Part shown: positions 1-9,236 of the stretch, one piece after another
Layout of the letters: each line of letters begins with the position of its first letter
Numbering within the stretch: position 1 is the first letter of the stretch
Assembly: GCA_910585405.1 (NCBI GenBank)
Contig: CAJUDO010000012.1
Location: forward strand, 16,105-80,104
DNA length: 64,000 nucleotides
Origin: an uncultured Peptococcaceae bacterium
Lineage (GTDB): Bacteria > Bacillota > Peptococcia > Peptococcales > Peptococcaceae
Direction of reading: 5' to 3'
The notes under the pieces: model-generated
What the model was told of the DNA's origin: nothing
Databases searched by the model: none
The model's input: only the letters and a program-made list of their open reading frames with translations
Position numbers and translations under genes: made by a program

Positions 1-266
1 ATCTACATATTTATCATGAACAATTGGGAAAATATGAAAAAATCGGGCAGATAGGGAAGGAGGAAAAATTTCTAAAACCCTATGGCTTTATACGCTGTCA
101 TAACGGTTATTTGGTAAATGCCCGATATATTGATAATATAAAGAATCAAATCGTTTACCTGAAAAATCCAAGAAATAAAAAATTTATTGAAATTCCGGTT
201 AGTAAAAATAAATTGGCTAAAACAAAAAAAGAATACCAGCATTGGTTGTTAAAAGAGGAGATTTAA
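1..266 (+). CDS. LytTR-family response regulator, C-terminal DNA-binding part (5' end upstream of window)
   Basis: Frame is open to the window edge. FIRCHNGYLVNARYI matches the LytTR domain core. Stop lies 3 nt before the kinase start. Confidence 0.75.
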   Translation, partial: LHIYHEQLGKYEKIGQIGKEEKFLKPYGFIRCHNGYLVNARYIDNIKNQIVYLKNPRNKKFIEIPVSKNKLAKTKKEYQHWLLKEEI

Positions 267-269
267 GGC

Positions 270-1592
270 ATGGCCGATGTATTGTTAAATAGTTTATCCA
301 TTCTTTTTGAATTATTAATATATTATTTCTTTTTTCGTTATTTTTTTCAAAAAGCTCGTTTTTCAAAGCGAACGATGATTTTTGTATATTTGCTGGCAGG
401 TATAGCATCCTTGTATGTATCCATGTATGCTCCCAGCAAATTTGTACATCGTATGGGCTACTTTGTGATAGTGGTTTTACTGGCCTTATGCTATAAAGGA
501 CAGTTATTTATACAGCTGTTTGTTCCATTTGTGTTTCAAGCCATTTCTATAATGGTGGAAAATTGCTATGCATTAGTATTAATGCCACTGAAAAATTCGC
601 TGAAAATATATGGAGATGAGAGCTTTTACTTTTATTATTTTATTGGGATAATTCTTTCAAATTTAACGATACTTCTGCTGGTTCGATTATTTTGCACATG
701 GAAAAATTATGTTTTTGTTAAGGAGAAAGATATTGTATTTCCGGTATATTTCCCCTTACTGTTTTTATTTCCGGTATGTGTGATGTTTGTGATTGACCAA
801 TATTCATTGGCGGTAGCACGTTCTGGAAACATTGAATTCTTAACGGTGACTCCGGTTTTGTTTTTGGTGATCATAACGATAGCTTTTTTCTTTTTGTTTG
901 ATGGGCTACTGCATAGTGTTCAGACAAAACAGAAGATGGACGTACTTCAAAAACAGTTGGAACAAGAGCAAGAGTACTATAGAATTTTATTAAGAAAGCA
1001 TCAGCAGTTTCAGCAGCTTCGGCATGATATGAGAGATGATTTCAATTATATAGCTGGTCTGATAAAAAGTGACGCTTATGTGACGGCTTTAGAATATGCA
1101 CAACGAAAAAGTGGACAATTAGCACTTACCTCGGTCATTCAAACAGGAAATCCAATGTTGGATGCTATCCTTACAATTAAAGAGGAACAAGCACGGCGCA
1201 TACATGCAAATTTTCAAAGTTATATTTCTGTGGAGTTAAATCAGTCTAAAATGGCTATAGAAGATTTGTCTTCATTGTGTTCCAACGTCTTAAACAATGC
1301 GTTGGAGGCCGTGGAGCAAATTGAGGATAAAGCGTTGCGTCGCATCTTTTTTCGACTGGTGCAAAAAGGTCGTTTCCTTTATATTGTTGTACAAAATGCC
1401 ACTTCTAATGAAATTACAATTGAAGGAGATGTGCTGGAAACCACGAAGCAAGATAAAAAAATGCATGGTTTTGGGTTGCCTATTGTGAAAAACATTGTGG
1501 AGAAATATGACGGTGGCTGCCACTTAGAGTGGGAACAGTACATTTTTACAATAAAAATTGTTTTGCCTGTCATGGAGGATGAGGAACAGTGA
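270..1592 (+). CDS. AgrC/ComD-type (HPK10) membrane sensor histidine kinase
   Basis: Polytopic hydrophobic N-terminal ~200 aa. H-box-like LRHDMRDDFNYI. GHKL ATPase C-terminus (NALEA ... HGFGLPIVKNIVEKYDG). Confidence 0.8.
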   Translation: MADVLLNSLSILFELLIYYFFFRYFFQKARFSKRTMIFVYLLAGIASLYVSMYAPSKFVHRMGYFVIVVLLALCYKGQLFIQLFVPFVFQAISIMVENCYALVLMPLKNSLKIYGDESFYFYYFIGIILSNLTILLLVRLFCTWKNYVFVKEKDIVFPVYFPLLFLFPVCVMFVIDQYSLAVARSGNIEFLTVTPVLFLVIITIAFFFLFDGLLHSVQTKQKMDVLQKQLEQEQEYYRILLRKHQQFQQLRHDMRDDFNYIAGLIKSDAYVTALEYAQRKSGQLALTSVIQTGNPMLDAILTIKEEQARRIHANFQSYISVELNQSKMAIEDLSSLCSNVLNNALEAVEQIEDKALRRIFFRLVQKGRFLYIVVQNATSNEITIEGDVLETTKQDKKMHGFGLPIVKNIVEKYDGGCHLEWEQYIFTIKIVLPVMEDEEQ

Positions 1593-2179
1593 CTTATCAA
1601 CTGGCGCAAAAGATGACACGATGGTTTATTCAAAATTGTTTTTTGAAAGAGGAAGACTATGACGTTTATGTTTATTACATCGACAGTTTACTGGCAAAGA
1701 TTTTCTTTTATACAGAGATAGTCCTAGCTGCAATTTTTCTGCGGATGGTTCCTGAAACGCTCAGCTATTATTGGGGTTTTTCAACCATTCGTTATACCGC
1801 GGGGGGATTCCATGCAAAAACAGGTAAAGCTTGTGCTGCCATTAGTTGGATAACCTATTTTTTATCTATGATAGTTATTATGAGTGTTGCACATTTGTTG
1901 TCTGCGACTTTGCTGGTGTCCAGTTCTCTTGTGTTGTTAATATTTTCGCTGGCAATTGTATTGAGATATGCACCGATGGCGCATATCAATAAGCCAGTGC
2001 CACCATCTAAAAAAGCTCGTATGAAAAAAATTTGCGTTGGCTTTCAAGTTGTTCACATGTTGATAACAGTGCTGCTTTTTACGCAGCATGGTTATATTTA
2101 TGCGTTTAGCTTGGCGTTAGGAGACGCTCTAGCTGCGCTGGCGTTATTGATAGCTTATTATCAGAAAGGGGATGAGTGA
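1589..2179 (+). CDS. agrB: AgrB-like autoinducer-peptide processing membrane protease
   Basis: GTG start overlaps the kinase stop (GTGA). Four or more TM segments. IRYTAGGFHAKT matches the conserved AgrB R..aGG.H motif. Confidence 0.8.
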   Translation: MTYQLAQKMTRWFIQNCFLKEEDYDVYVYYIDSLLAKIFFYTEIVLAAIFLRMVPETLSYYWGFSTIRYTAGGFHAKTGKACAAISWITYFLSMIVIMSVAHLLSATLLVSSSLVLLIFSLAIVLRYAPMAHINKPVPPSKKARMKKICVGFQVVHMLITVLLFTQHGYIYAFSLALGDALAALALLIAYYQKGDE

Positions 2180-2182
2180 AAG

Positions 2183-2323
2183 GTGAAAAAGCTGTTTTAT
2201 TCTTGCTGCAATGCTTTTTTGACGCTTGCTGTTTTGATTGGCAGTTTAGATTTATCTGTGATGAGCAGAGATGATTTTTATCAGCCTCCAGTTCCAGAAC
2301 AGCTGCTGAACAAACAACAATAA
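2183..2323 (+). CDS. agrD: AgrD-like autoinducing peptide precursor (46 aa, not in ORF track)
   Basis: Own translation gives VKKLFYSCCNAFLTLAVLIGSLDLSVMSRDDFYQPPVPEQLLNKQQ. It has an amphipathic or hydrophobic leader, and a C-terminal YQPPVPEQL tail resembling the clostridial AgrD HQPxxPxxL recognition tail. Starts 4 nt after agrB and is followed by a hairpin. Confidence 0.6.
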   Translation: MKKLFYSCCNAFLTLAVLIGSLDLSVMSRDDFYQPPVPEQLLNKQQ

Positions 2324-2340
2324 TTGTTTTAATGAATCAA

Positions 2341-2370
2341 GGAGCCTTTTTACGGTGAGAAGGGGCTCCT
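2341..2370 (+). terminator. Stem-loop after agrD-like ORF
   Basis: GGAGCC ... GGCTCC hairpin followed by a T-rich stretch. Confidence 0.45.
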
Positions 2371-2374
2371 TATG

Positions 2375-2898
2375 TTATTGGTTTAGGTGCCAGACTAAGT
2401 TTTTCTGACAATTTTTTAACTGCCAATAATCCTGTTGCCAGTACAAATGATAAGCATATGGACCGTTCACAAAAAAATAAGAATTTCTTACTTTGGGTTG
2501 ATGACATATTTGATGAATAACATCTATAACCTCTGCTTTTGTAGGATGCAAGGGATTTCTTCTGCAACTACGCCAATATATTATTTGACGTAATACATCT
2601 TTGGTTGATTTTTGTTGCATGGCGTTGAAGTCTATCTGGTCATAAAAAGTTTTTTCTTGAGTGATATCTAAACCATTTAGTGCGAGAAAAAATCTCTATG
2701 CCACTCTAAACCAAATTCACTATATGCCTGAATAATAGTTAATAGCTTATGTTCTACTAAGCTGTTAGGATTCTTGGTTTGTAAATCAGAGAGATACGAG
2801 TGAAACAGGTTTAGCAGTATTCGTTCCGCAGAGTCTGTCGATTGAGAAATCAGCACCATTTGTTTGATATTGTTTACTTCACTTCTTTTGGGCAGCAT
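2375..2898 (-). pseudogene. Hypothetical protein split by a frameshift at a homopolymer run
   Basis: ORFs 2677..2898 and 2375..2620 are on the same strand. The downstream frame stays open upstream through the A/T6 run near 2683-2690 (my translation ...RFFLALKWLDYTQEKTFYDQIDFNAMQQK...). One indel would fuse them into about 174 aa. Confidence 0.4.
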
Positions 2899-3155
2899 TC
2901 ATATTCCCCTTTTGTGGTTTTTACCTTAAATAAATTATATCTTTAAAATACGAATAATGAAATAAAAACTTCCTTAAAATGCGCACATTGTAAATTCAAG
3001 CTGTAAAAACAAAAATAGTTCGAATTTTCTTGTGCAGGAAACGAACTTTTAATAATTTATTAGCTCTATTATATACAAAACGCGATAATATTAATCATGG
3101 ATTTATTGAGATAAGGATGATTGTGTCAGTTGCTTGGTTAAGTATGACACTTTTA

Positions 3156-3184
3156 TTGAAAGAAAACTAGAAATCTGGTATAGT
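3156..3184 (+). promoter_or_regulatory. Sigma-A-type promoter (TTGAAA-17 nt-TATAGT, TG-extended)
   Basis: TTGAAA at 3156-3161, 17-nt spacer ending in TGG, TATAGT at 3179-3184. Lies about 330 nt upstream of the 3515 CDS. Confidence 0.5.
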
Positions 3185-3279
3185 GCAAATAAGGAAAGCT
3201 TTTCTTAAAAGTTTATTGGACAAAAATATAATTATGAATTACAGAAAGGTAGTGTAGAACGGATTATGAAAAAATCGAA

Positions 3280-3412
3280 CCCCTTTCCTTGGTACTGACC
3301 GATTATATTTTACTTACGGAAACCCCGTCAAGGCTGAATTTAACGGGCTTTCAGCCCGGCCTTGACTGAGTTCCCGACGTAAAATTTTGGTCACCCAAGC
3401 TAAAGAAAGGGG
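3280..3412 (+). ncRNA. Long imperfect hairpin / structured leader RNA of unknown class
   Basis: Hand-checked pairings: CCCCTTTC/GAAAGGGG, CTTGG/CCAAG, TGACC/GGTCA, TTACG/CGTAA, GTCAAGGC/GCCTTGAC, plus an apical CGGGC-TTTCA-GCCCG hairpin. Confidence 0.35.
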
Positions 3413-3514
3413 AGGTAAAGGCTTTTAACCTCTGAAACCATTGAATTTACTGGGTTTGAGCCGATTTTGGGCATATAAAGTTGACACTATCTACAGAAAT
3501 TAGGAGGATGAAAA

Positions 3515-4399
3515 ATGAAATATGTTTTAAAAAAAGCATCTGCTATAGGTTTGTTATTAGCTATGGCATTGTGCATTGGGACGCCCGCATTTGCAGGAAA
3601 TGATGCGGAAAATGAGACCTATGCAGAAGTAAGTTATTATTCTTCTGAAAACGAAATAGATATTTTGAGAGAATCAAATACACAAGTAAATGATTTTTTC
3701 TTGCAATTAGAAGATGCCAATCCCAATTTAGAACTTGTCGGGGTAGTTGTAAAATCAATGTACATGGAAGAATCTTATGACGAGAATGGAATAGTTACTG
3801 AATGTAATTTCTTAACAAATAAAGAAGTTGAAGAAGCAATTAATCCATTATCTGGTCAAAGCTTTGTAGGTGATGACTATACAACTAGGGGAAAGCTAAC
3901 AATAACATTGGCTGTTTATAAAGATGGAGACTATTATCGCTTAATGGGCGGTTCTTCATGGTCCGGTCGTGATAACAGTAACCCAGAGGGGAGCCCAGCA
4001 GCGGGACGTGATTATATTGCTATATCATGGGGCGGTGGAGGTAATCTTCAGTGTCTGGTTGCACCACAGATGTATGGCTCGTACAGTGATAATTCTTCCA
4101 TTGTGTTTAGTAATACTTTTAGGAATGAAAGTACTGGTTATTGTTGGGATTTTTATGAAGAACAAGGTGGAAAATATGCCAAAGATATGCATGTATATGC
4201 ATCTGTAAAAAAAATAAACACGGAAAATTTAGGAGAAGAAACTTCTGCAAAATTAACGTATATTCATTCTTATAATACAAGTAATTTATCCATTAATGGT
4301 TTCTACATTGGTTCAAGGTTCGTGGCACCATCGCTTGTTATATCAGGTTCAAGTGATTGTGTACGGTCAGAAATTGATGTTCCAAACATAACTTATTGA
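3515..4399 (+). CDS. Secreted protein of unknown function (paralogue A)
   Basis: AGGAGG RBS. Sec signal peptide ending PAFA-GN. Paralogous to 4766..5675 (shared TTRGKL and P[AS]AG[RN]D[YF]IA[IV].W.G.G blocks). Confidence 0.7.
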   Translation: MKYVLKKASAIGLLLAMALCIGTPAFAGNDAENETYAEVSYYSSENEIDILRESNTQVNDFFLQLEDANPNLELVGVVVKSMYMEESYDENGIVTECNFLTNKEVEEAINPLSGQSFVGDDYTTRGKLTITLAVYKDGDYYRLMGGSSWSGRDNSNPEGSPAAGRDYIAISWGGGGNLQCLVAPQMYGSYSDNSSIVFSNTFRNESTGYCWDFYEEQGGKYAKDMHVYASVKKINTENLGEETSAKLTYIHSYNTSNLSINGFYIGSRFVAPSLVISGSSDCVRSEIDVPNITY

Positions 4400-4407
4400 C
4401 TTGAAAT

Positions 4408-4743
4408 ATGAAAAAACGTGCATTTATTTTGGGCTGTGGGATGATATTTTTTTCTCCTATTATTATAGATGGATTATGTCGTTACTGCTATTATGATGTT
4501 GTAATGGAAATAACGACGATTATAGGTTTCATGATTAGTGGGATTCTTTTTTATTTTGATTCCTATAATAATATGAAGAAAGGAACATGGCTTTTAACGG
4601 CTGGAATATTGTTATTTAGTCCCATTTTTGCTAATGCATTTGTAGACTATTATAACTATAATTTCATAATAGAAATTTCGATTATCATAGCTTGTATGAT
4701 ATGTGGAGTCTTGTATTATTTTGATTGTTATTTTAGAAACTGA
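4408..4743 (+). CDS. Small 4-TM membrane protein with internal tandem duplication
   Basis: Two ~52-aa halves align (FSPIIIDGL..YYDVVMEITTIIGFMISGILFYFDSY versus FSPIFANAF..YYNYNFIIEISIIIACMICGVLYYFDCY). No clear RBS. Confidence 0.5.
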   Translation: MKKRAFILGCGMIFFSPIIIDGLCRYCYYDVVMEITTIIGFMISGILFYFDSYNNMKKGTWLLTAGILLFSPIFANAFVDYYNYNFIIEISIIIACMICGVLYYFDCYFRN

Positions 4744-4765
4744 AGAAAAAGGATGTGTTTAAACT

Positions 4766-5675
4766 ATGAGAAAACTGAAAAATATAGTGGCAACTTTATT
4801 AATTTGCAGTTTAATATCACCTATAGCTGCATATGCTTCAATTGATGATTGTGCATCAATTGATATATTGCAATGAAAAGAACTATCAATTAGAGGAAAA
4901 TTTAGATGTTTTAAATGATTTGCACAGCGCTGAATTAATTAAGGAGGATATTTTAACTTCAATGAAGGAAAATCCCGATTTGATTCCAGTTGAAGTAGTT
5001 CAGAAGGAATTTTATCTTTCAGAAACTTATGCAGACGATGGTACAATAGTAGATAGTCATCTTATGACAGAGGGCGAAGTAAATGAATTGAAGAACAATA
5101 TAGTTCCATATGCAGGTACAACTGATTCTACAACAAGAGGGAAATTATATTTCACGGGTACCCTTTATCAGAATTCGTCTACAGGTGGTTATAATTTGAG
5201 CTTCAGAGCAGAGTGGGAAAAAGGTACTTGGATCATTCTTGTGGATAGTCCAGATAATCCTTCTGCCGGAAATGACTTTATTGCAGTAGATTGGGAAGGT
5301 GACGGAAAAGCATTTAAGATAGCATCTTCTAGTATCAGCGGAACATATCAAGTTGATGGGAAAGCTGTTGGTATAAACCAATCATATAAGTCTTCTTATT
5401 ACGGAATTGGTTGGGATTTTGCCGAACGAAAAAACTCATCGGATGGGAAATATAGATATTTTGTAGATACTATAACAGGAAATGTTAATTTGGATAAGGT
5501 TAATTCCGGGACACAAGGAAAAAGTGCTGGATTAAATCTTATATATTATCACACATATAGTGATTTAGATTATAGTCTAACTTTAGTGCCGAATGCAAAT
5601 GGATTTCTCAGTTTCGTTTGTACCCCAAATTCGAATGTGATACCTCTTGCCTTAAGATTTAGAATGAATTATTAA
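4766..5675 (+). pseudogene. Secreted protein paralogue B, frameshifted after its signal peptide
   Basis: ATG at 4766 encodes MRKLKNIVATLLICSLISPIAAYA... and stops at 4874-4876. The mature part continues in the ORF 4833..5675 frame. The frames overlap at 4833-4876. Confidence 0.55.
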
Positions 5676-5929
5676 AATTTTTTATAATATCTACATTCTT
5701 TTATCAGGAATATGGCCTTTAAAAGCCCTATTCCTGATATTTTTTGTTTCTTCACATAGGATATGTGAATGTCAATAAAAATGTGAGCCGCTTGCTGAAG
5801 AAAATTTAAGCCAGTTCTCCAAATAGTCTTTAGGTGATAGACATGGCTATTCATATCTAACATCTAAGAAGAAAATGTTAAATAGTCGATCGTGGCAACT
5901 GCCATTTTTGCAATTCATTTTATTTTCTT

Positions 5930-6859
5930 TTAACTGTTCATATCCTGGAAACGTTGGCTTTCCCGTTCCAGCAATTCAATTACCTTTTGTTCTGGCGGCG
6001 TCATGGGATGATCACCATGATGAAGCCATCCTACAGACATCGTGACGTCAAATTCCGGCACATCTAGCTTGCACAATTGTACACTGTAGGTTCGATTGCT
6101 GTTTTCAATCTCTTTTTCTGGCATAATTAACATCGCTTCCGTACTAGCTACATACTTACGCAGATTGGCCAAATCATTGATAGAGACAACTTCTCTCTGA
6201 TAACCTCGCTGTTTAAAGAAATTGTAGGTCAGTTCATCCATTTTAAAAGCTAAGGAAACCAAGTCATATTGCAGAAGTTCCGAAAAAGCAATTTGTTTTT
6301 TCCCACACAGAGGATGATTTTTTCCCACACAAATACATTGCCGATCCTGGAAGATTTGTTTGTACTCCAAATGATAACGATGCAGTTCCGTAATGATATC
6401 GCTTTCATTGAGTGCATTAAAATTGATGAATCCCAAGTCCAATTCCTTTTGTGCGACAGCTTTGATAATATCTTTAATATATTGGCGTTGCGTTAGGACA
6501 TAAAGTCCCGGATACTGCCGCTTTACCTGAATCATTACATCAGTAATAATATTCATGCAAAAATGACTGCTGCCGCCGATACGTACCTCGCCGGTAAGTT
6601 CATCACTGTTAAAACCGGCTGCCAGTAGAGCGTCTACTTCTTCTATGATAGCCTTTGCCCGAGCTAATACCGCTTTGCCTTCTGTTGTAAAGGAAACGCC
6701 GCGCTTACTGCGATTGAGGATAGTGGTGCCCAGCTCTTCCTCCAAATTGATTAGTGCCAAGCTGACTGTAGATTGGGAAATGTACAGTTCTTGAGCTGCA
6801 CGGGAAATAGAGCCGTACTGCTCTACTGCTACTAAAAATCTGAATTGATTTAGTTGCAT
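5930..6859 (-). CDS. LysR-family transcriptional regulator
   Basis: N-terminal wHTH MQLNQFRFLVAVEQYGSISRAAQELYISQSTVS. GAGGTG RBS before the ATG at 6859. The upstream 35 aa of the track ORF were discarded. Confidence 0.85.
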   Translation of the reverse strand: MQLNQFRFLVAVEQYGSISRAAQELYISQSTVSLALINLEEELGTTILNRSKRGVSFTTEGKAVLARAKAIIEEVDALLAAGFNSDELTGEVRIGGSSHFCMNIITDVMIQVKRQYPGLYVLTQRQYIKDIIKAVAQKELDLGFINFNALNESDIITELHRYHLEYKQIFQDRQCICVGKNHPLCGKKQIAFSELLQYDLVSLAFKMDELTYNFFKQRGYQREVVSINDLANLRKYVASTEAMLIMPEKEIENSNRTYSVQLCKLDVPEFDVTMSVGWLHHGDHPMTPPEQKVIELLERESQRFQDMNS

Positions 6860-7124
6860 ATTGTCACCTCTGCCTGTTAAAAATTTCTTTATATAATAAT
6901 TATACAAAATGCAGGGAAACTTTACAATGCTTTGAAGCAAAATAAAAAATGAGAGAGAAATCACATTAAAAGGATTTTTTCATTTTTTGAAAGATGGTGA
7001 TGCAAAAGTGAATGCGTTAAGTGCGCCTGTTGTTGGCTGATTATAACTATTTATATGCTACGCAATAAAAAAATCTGACGCTATCCGTGCATATTTCCGA
7101 TGAACAATGAGAAACTACAGAGAG

Positions 7125-7325
7125 TTAATGTAGAAATACGCTGTATACAAATAGCAGGACGCCTGGAACCAAGAAGAGATAACAGGCGATATTCATCTGC
7201 GTGTATTTCTTTTTGCTGATGGCAAAGTCTCGTGATTTATTGCTCAGCTGTACTAAAGCAATTATCTTAAACACTGCAGAAATGAGAATAAGTATATAGG
7301 AAAGAATTTCTAGAGCAGCAAACAT
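7125..7325 (-). CDS. Small 2-TM membrane protein, unknown function
   Basis: AGGAGG RBS 6 nt upstream of the ATG. Two hydrophobic helices. Confidence 0.55.
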   Translation of the reverse strand: MFAALEILSYILILISAVFKIIALVQLSNKSRDFAISKKKYTQMNIACYLFLVPGVLLFVYSVFLH

Positions 7326-7399
7326 GATAAACCTCCTAAAAATATTGTTTGTTGCTTATTATAACGTATTTTTGTTTGATTGTCTATTGGAGGGATTTC

Positions 7400-8107
7400 A
7401 TGCTGGGGATCAGTTTGCGGGTGTTGCTGGTATATTTATTGTTATTGCTTGCCATGCGAATTATGGGAAAGCGGGAGATCGGGCAGTTATCGAATTTGGA
7501 TTTTGTGGTGGCAATTGTAGTAGCGGAATTGGCAACATTGCCTATTACAGACCACAATTTGAGCTTAATGCAGAGCGTGCTGCCGATGTTGATTATTACG
7601 GCATTACAGGTGACAGTATCCATGCTGTGTCTGAAAAGTAATCGGTTTCGTCGGTTTTTATATGGAAGGCCCAATGTATTGATTGCTCAAGGTAAGCTGC
7701 AGATGGCAGAGATGCGTAAGGCCCGATATAATATTGATGACTTGCTCAGCCAATTGCGGCAAAAGGACATTTTTGACGTCGCTGATGTGAATTATGCGGT
7801 GCTAGAAACTTCCGGCGATTTAACGGTGACAGTGAAGCCGGAGCTTTGTCCGGTGAACCGGCGTGACTTGCATTTAGAGTGTCCTGTGCAATTTTACGGT
7901 ATGCCGTTAACTCTCATTGATGATGGTGAGATCAACTGGAAAGGCATGGAAGATAATGGATTGACAGAGAAATGGCTGATGGAAAAGTTGGAGCAGTATG
8001 AGATTGAAAATCCTGCGCAAATATTTTTTGCCAGTTTAAGCTGTGATGGGACCTTTTATATTATCACTCGCGAAGAAGCTCTGTGTACAAGGGAAAAAAT
8101 TCATTAA
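7400..8107 (+). CDS. DUF421 (YetF-like) membrane protein
   Basis: MRIMGKREIGQLSNLDFVVAIVVAELA is typical of DUF421. GGAGGG RBS before the ATG at 7400. Confidence 0.75.
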   Translation: MLGISLRVLLVYLLLLLAMRIMGKREIGQLSNLDFVVAIVVAELATLPITDHNLSLMQSVLPMLIITALQVTVSMLCLKSNRFRRFLYGRPNVLIAQGKLQMAEMRKARYNIDDLLSQLRQKDIFDVADVNYAVLETSGDLTVTVKPELCPVNRRDLHLECPVQFYGMPLTLIDDGEINWKGMEDNGLTEKWLMEKLEQYEIENPAQIFFASLSCDGTFYIITREEALCTREKIH

Positions 8108-8149
8108 AGGCCGTTTCTGCTCATATAGTAGAGCAGGAGGCGGTGCAAA

Positions 8150-9133
8150 ATGATAATACAATTATTAGCAGGTTTGTTAACGATTTTGATTGGAGCGGAA
8201 TTATTCACAAATGGCGTAGAATGGTTAGGCAGCCGACTAGGCTTGTCGGAAGGCACAGTCGGCAATTTATTGGCGGCAGTAGGCACCGCATTGCCAGAGT
8301 CCATCATACCCTTAGTGGCGTTTTTGAGTGGGGATAAGGAAGCGATGCATATTGGAATCGGCGCCATTCTGGGCGCACCCTTTATGTTGGGCACGTTGGC
8401 CATGTTTGTAACTGGTTTCAGCGCATGGCTGTTTTGGGGAAGACGTACAGGACGAAAAATTCTTCATGTAGATGCGGCTTTGATTCGACGGGATTTACGG
8501 TTTTTTTTGATAATGTATCTCACGGCTGTGAGTGCAGCTTTTATGCCCCAATGGTGTAAACCTTTTTTTGCTGTTGGATTAATTACAGGGTATTTGATGT
8601 ATGCCTGGCAAGCGGTACATGGCGGCCAATCGTTGTCTGATGATGGATTGCGGAAGCTGTATTTGAGCCGAAGTACAAAACCAGCTTATTTTCTGATTGT
8701 ACTGCAATTGCTTTTAGGGCTGGGGGCTATTGTAGGCGGTGCAGAGTATTTTATTAACGGAATTCAGTACGCGGCGCAAATATATGGAATTCATCCGTTA
8801 GTTTTGTCCATGATTATCGCTCCTGTTGCCACGGAATTGCCGGAAAAATTCAACAGTGTGATTTGGGTAGCCCATGGGAAAGATCGGTTAGCTTTGGGTA
8901 ATGTGACTGGTGCTATGGTGTTTCAAAGTACAATGATTCCAGCTATGGGTATTTTGCTCAGTGATTGGAGATTGAATATGGCTGCGGGGCTTAGCAGTGT
9001 TTTTTTATTGCTGACGATAAGTAGTTTATATATTACCATATGCCGTAAGAATTGCGTACCAATTTCTGCGCTGAGTTTCTGTGGGTTAGGATATTTAGGG
9101 TTCATTTTGGCAATACTGTGGAGTATATTTTAG
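8150..9133 (+). CDS. CaCA-family sodium/calcium (cation) antiporter
   Basis: Two alpha-repeat signatures (VGTALPES and VATELPEK) in a 10-TM-like protein. Confidence 0.75.
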   Translation: MIIQLLAGLLTILIGAELFTNGVEWLGSRLGLSEGTVGNLLAAVGTALPESIIPLVAFLSGDKEAMHIGIGAILGAPFMLGTLAMFVTGFSAWLFWGRRTGRKILHVDAALIRRDLRFFLIMYLTAVSAAFMPQWCKPFFAVGLITGYLMYAWQAVHGGQSLSDDGLRKLYLSRSTKPAYFLIVLQLLLGLGAIVGGAEYFINGIQYAAQIYGIHPLVLSMIIAPVATELPEKFNSVIWVAHGKDRLALGNVTGAMVFQSTMIPAMGILLSDWRLNMAAGLSSVFLLLTISSLYITICRKNCVPISALSFCGLGYLGFILAILWSIF

Positions 9134-9236
9134 TAAAAGCATCAAACCTACAGAAAAATTTTTGTATACAAATATTTTCTCATAAGATAAAATAGAAAAT
9201 ACAAATATCAAAAATAGAAAGTTCAGGTAGGTTGTT

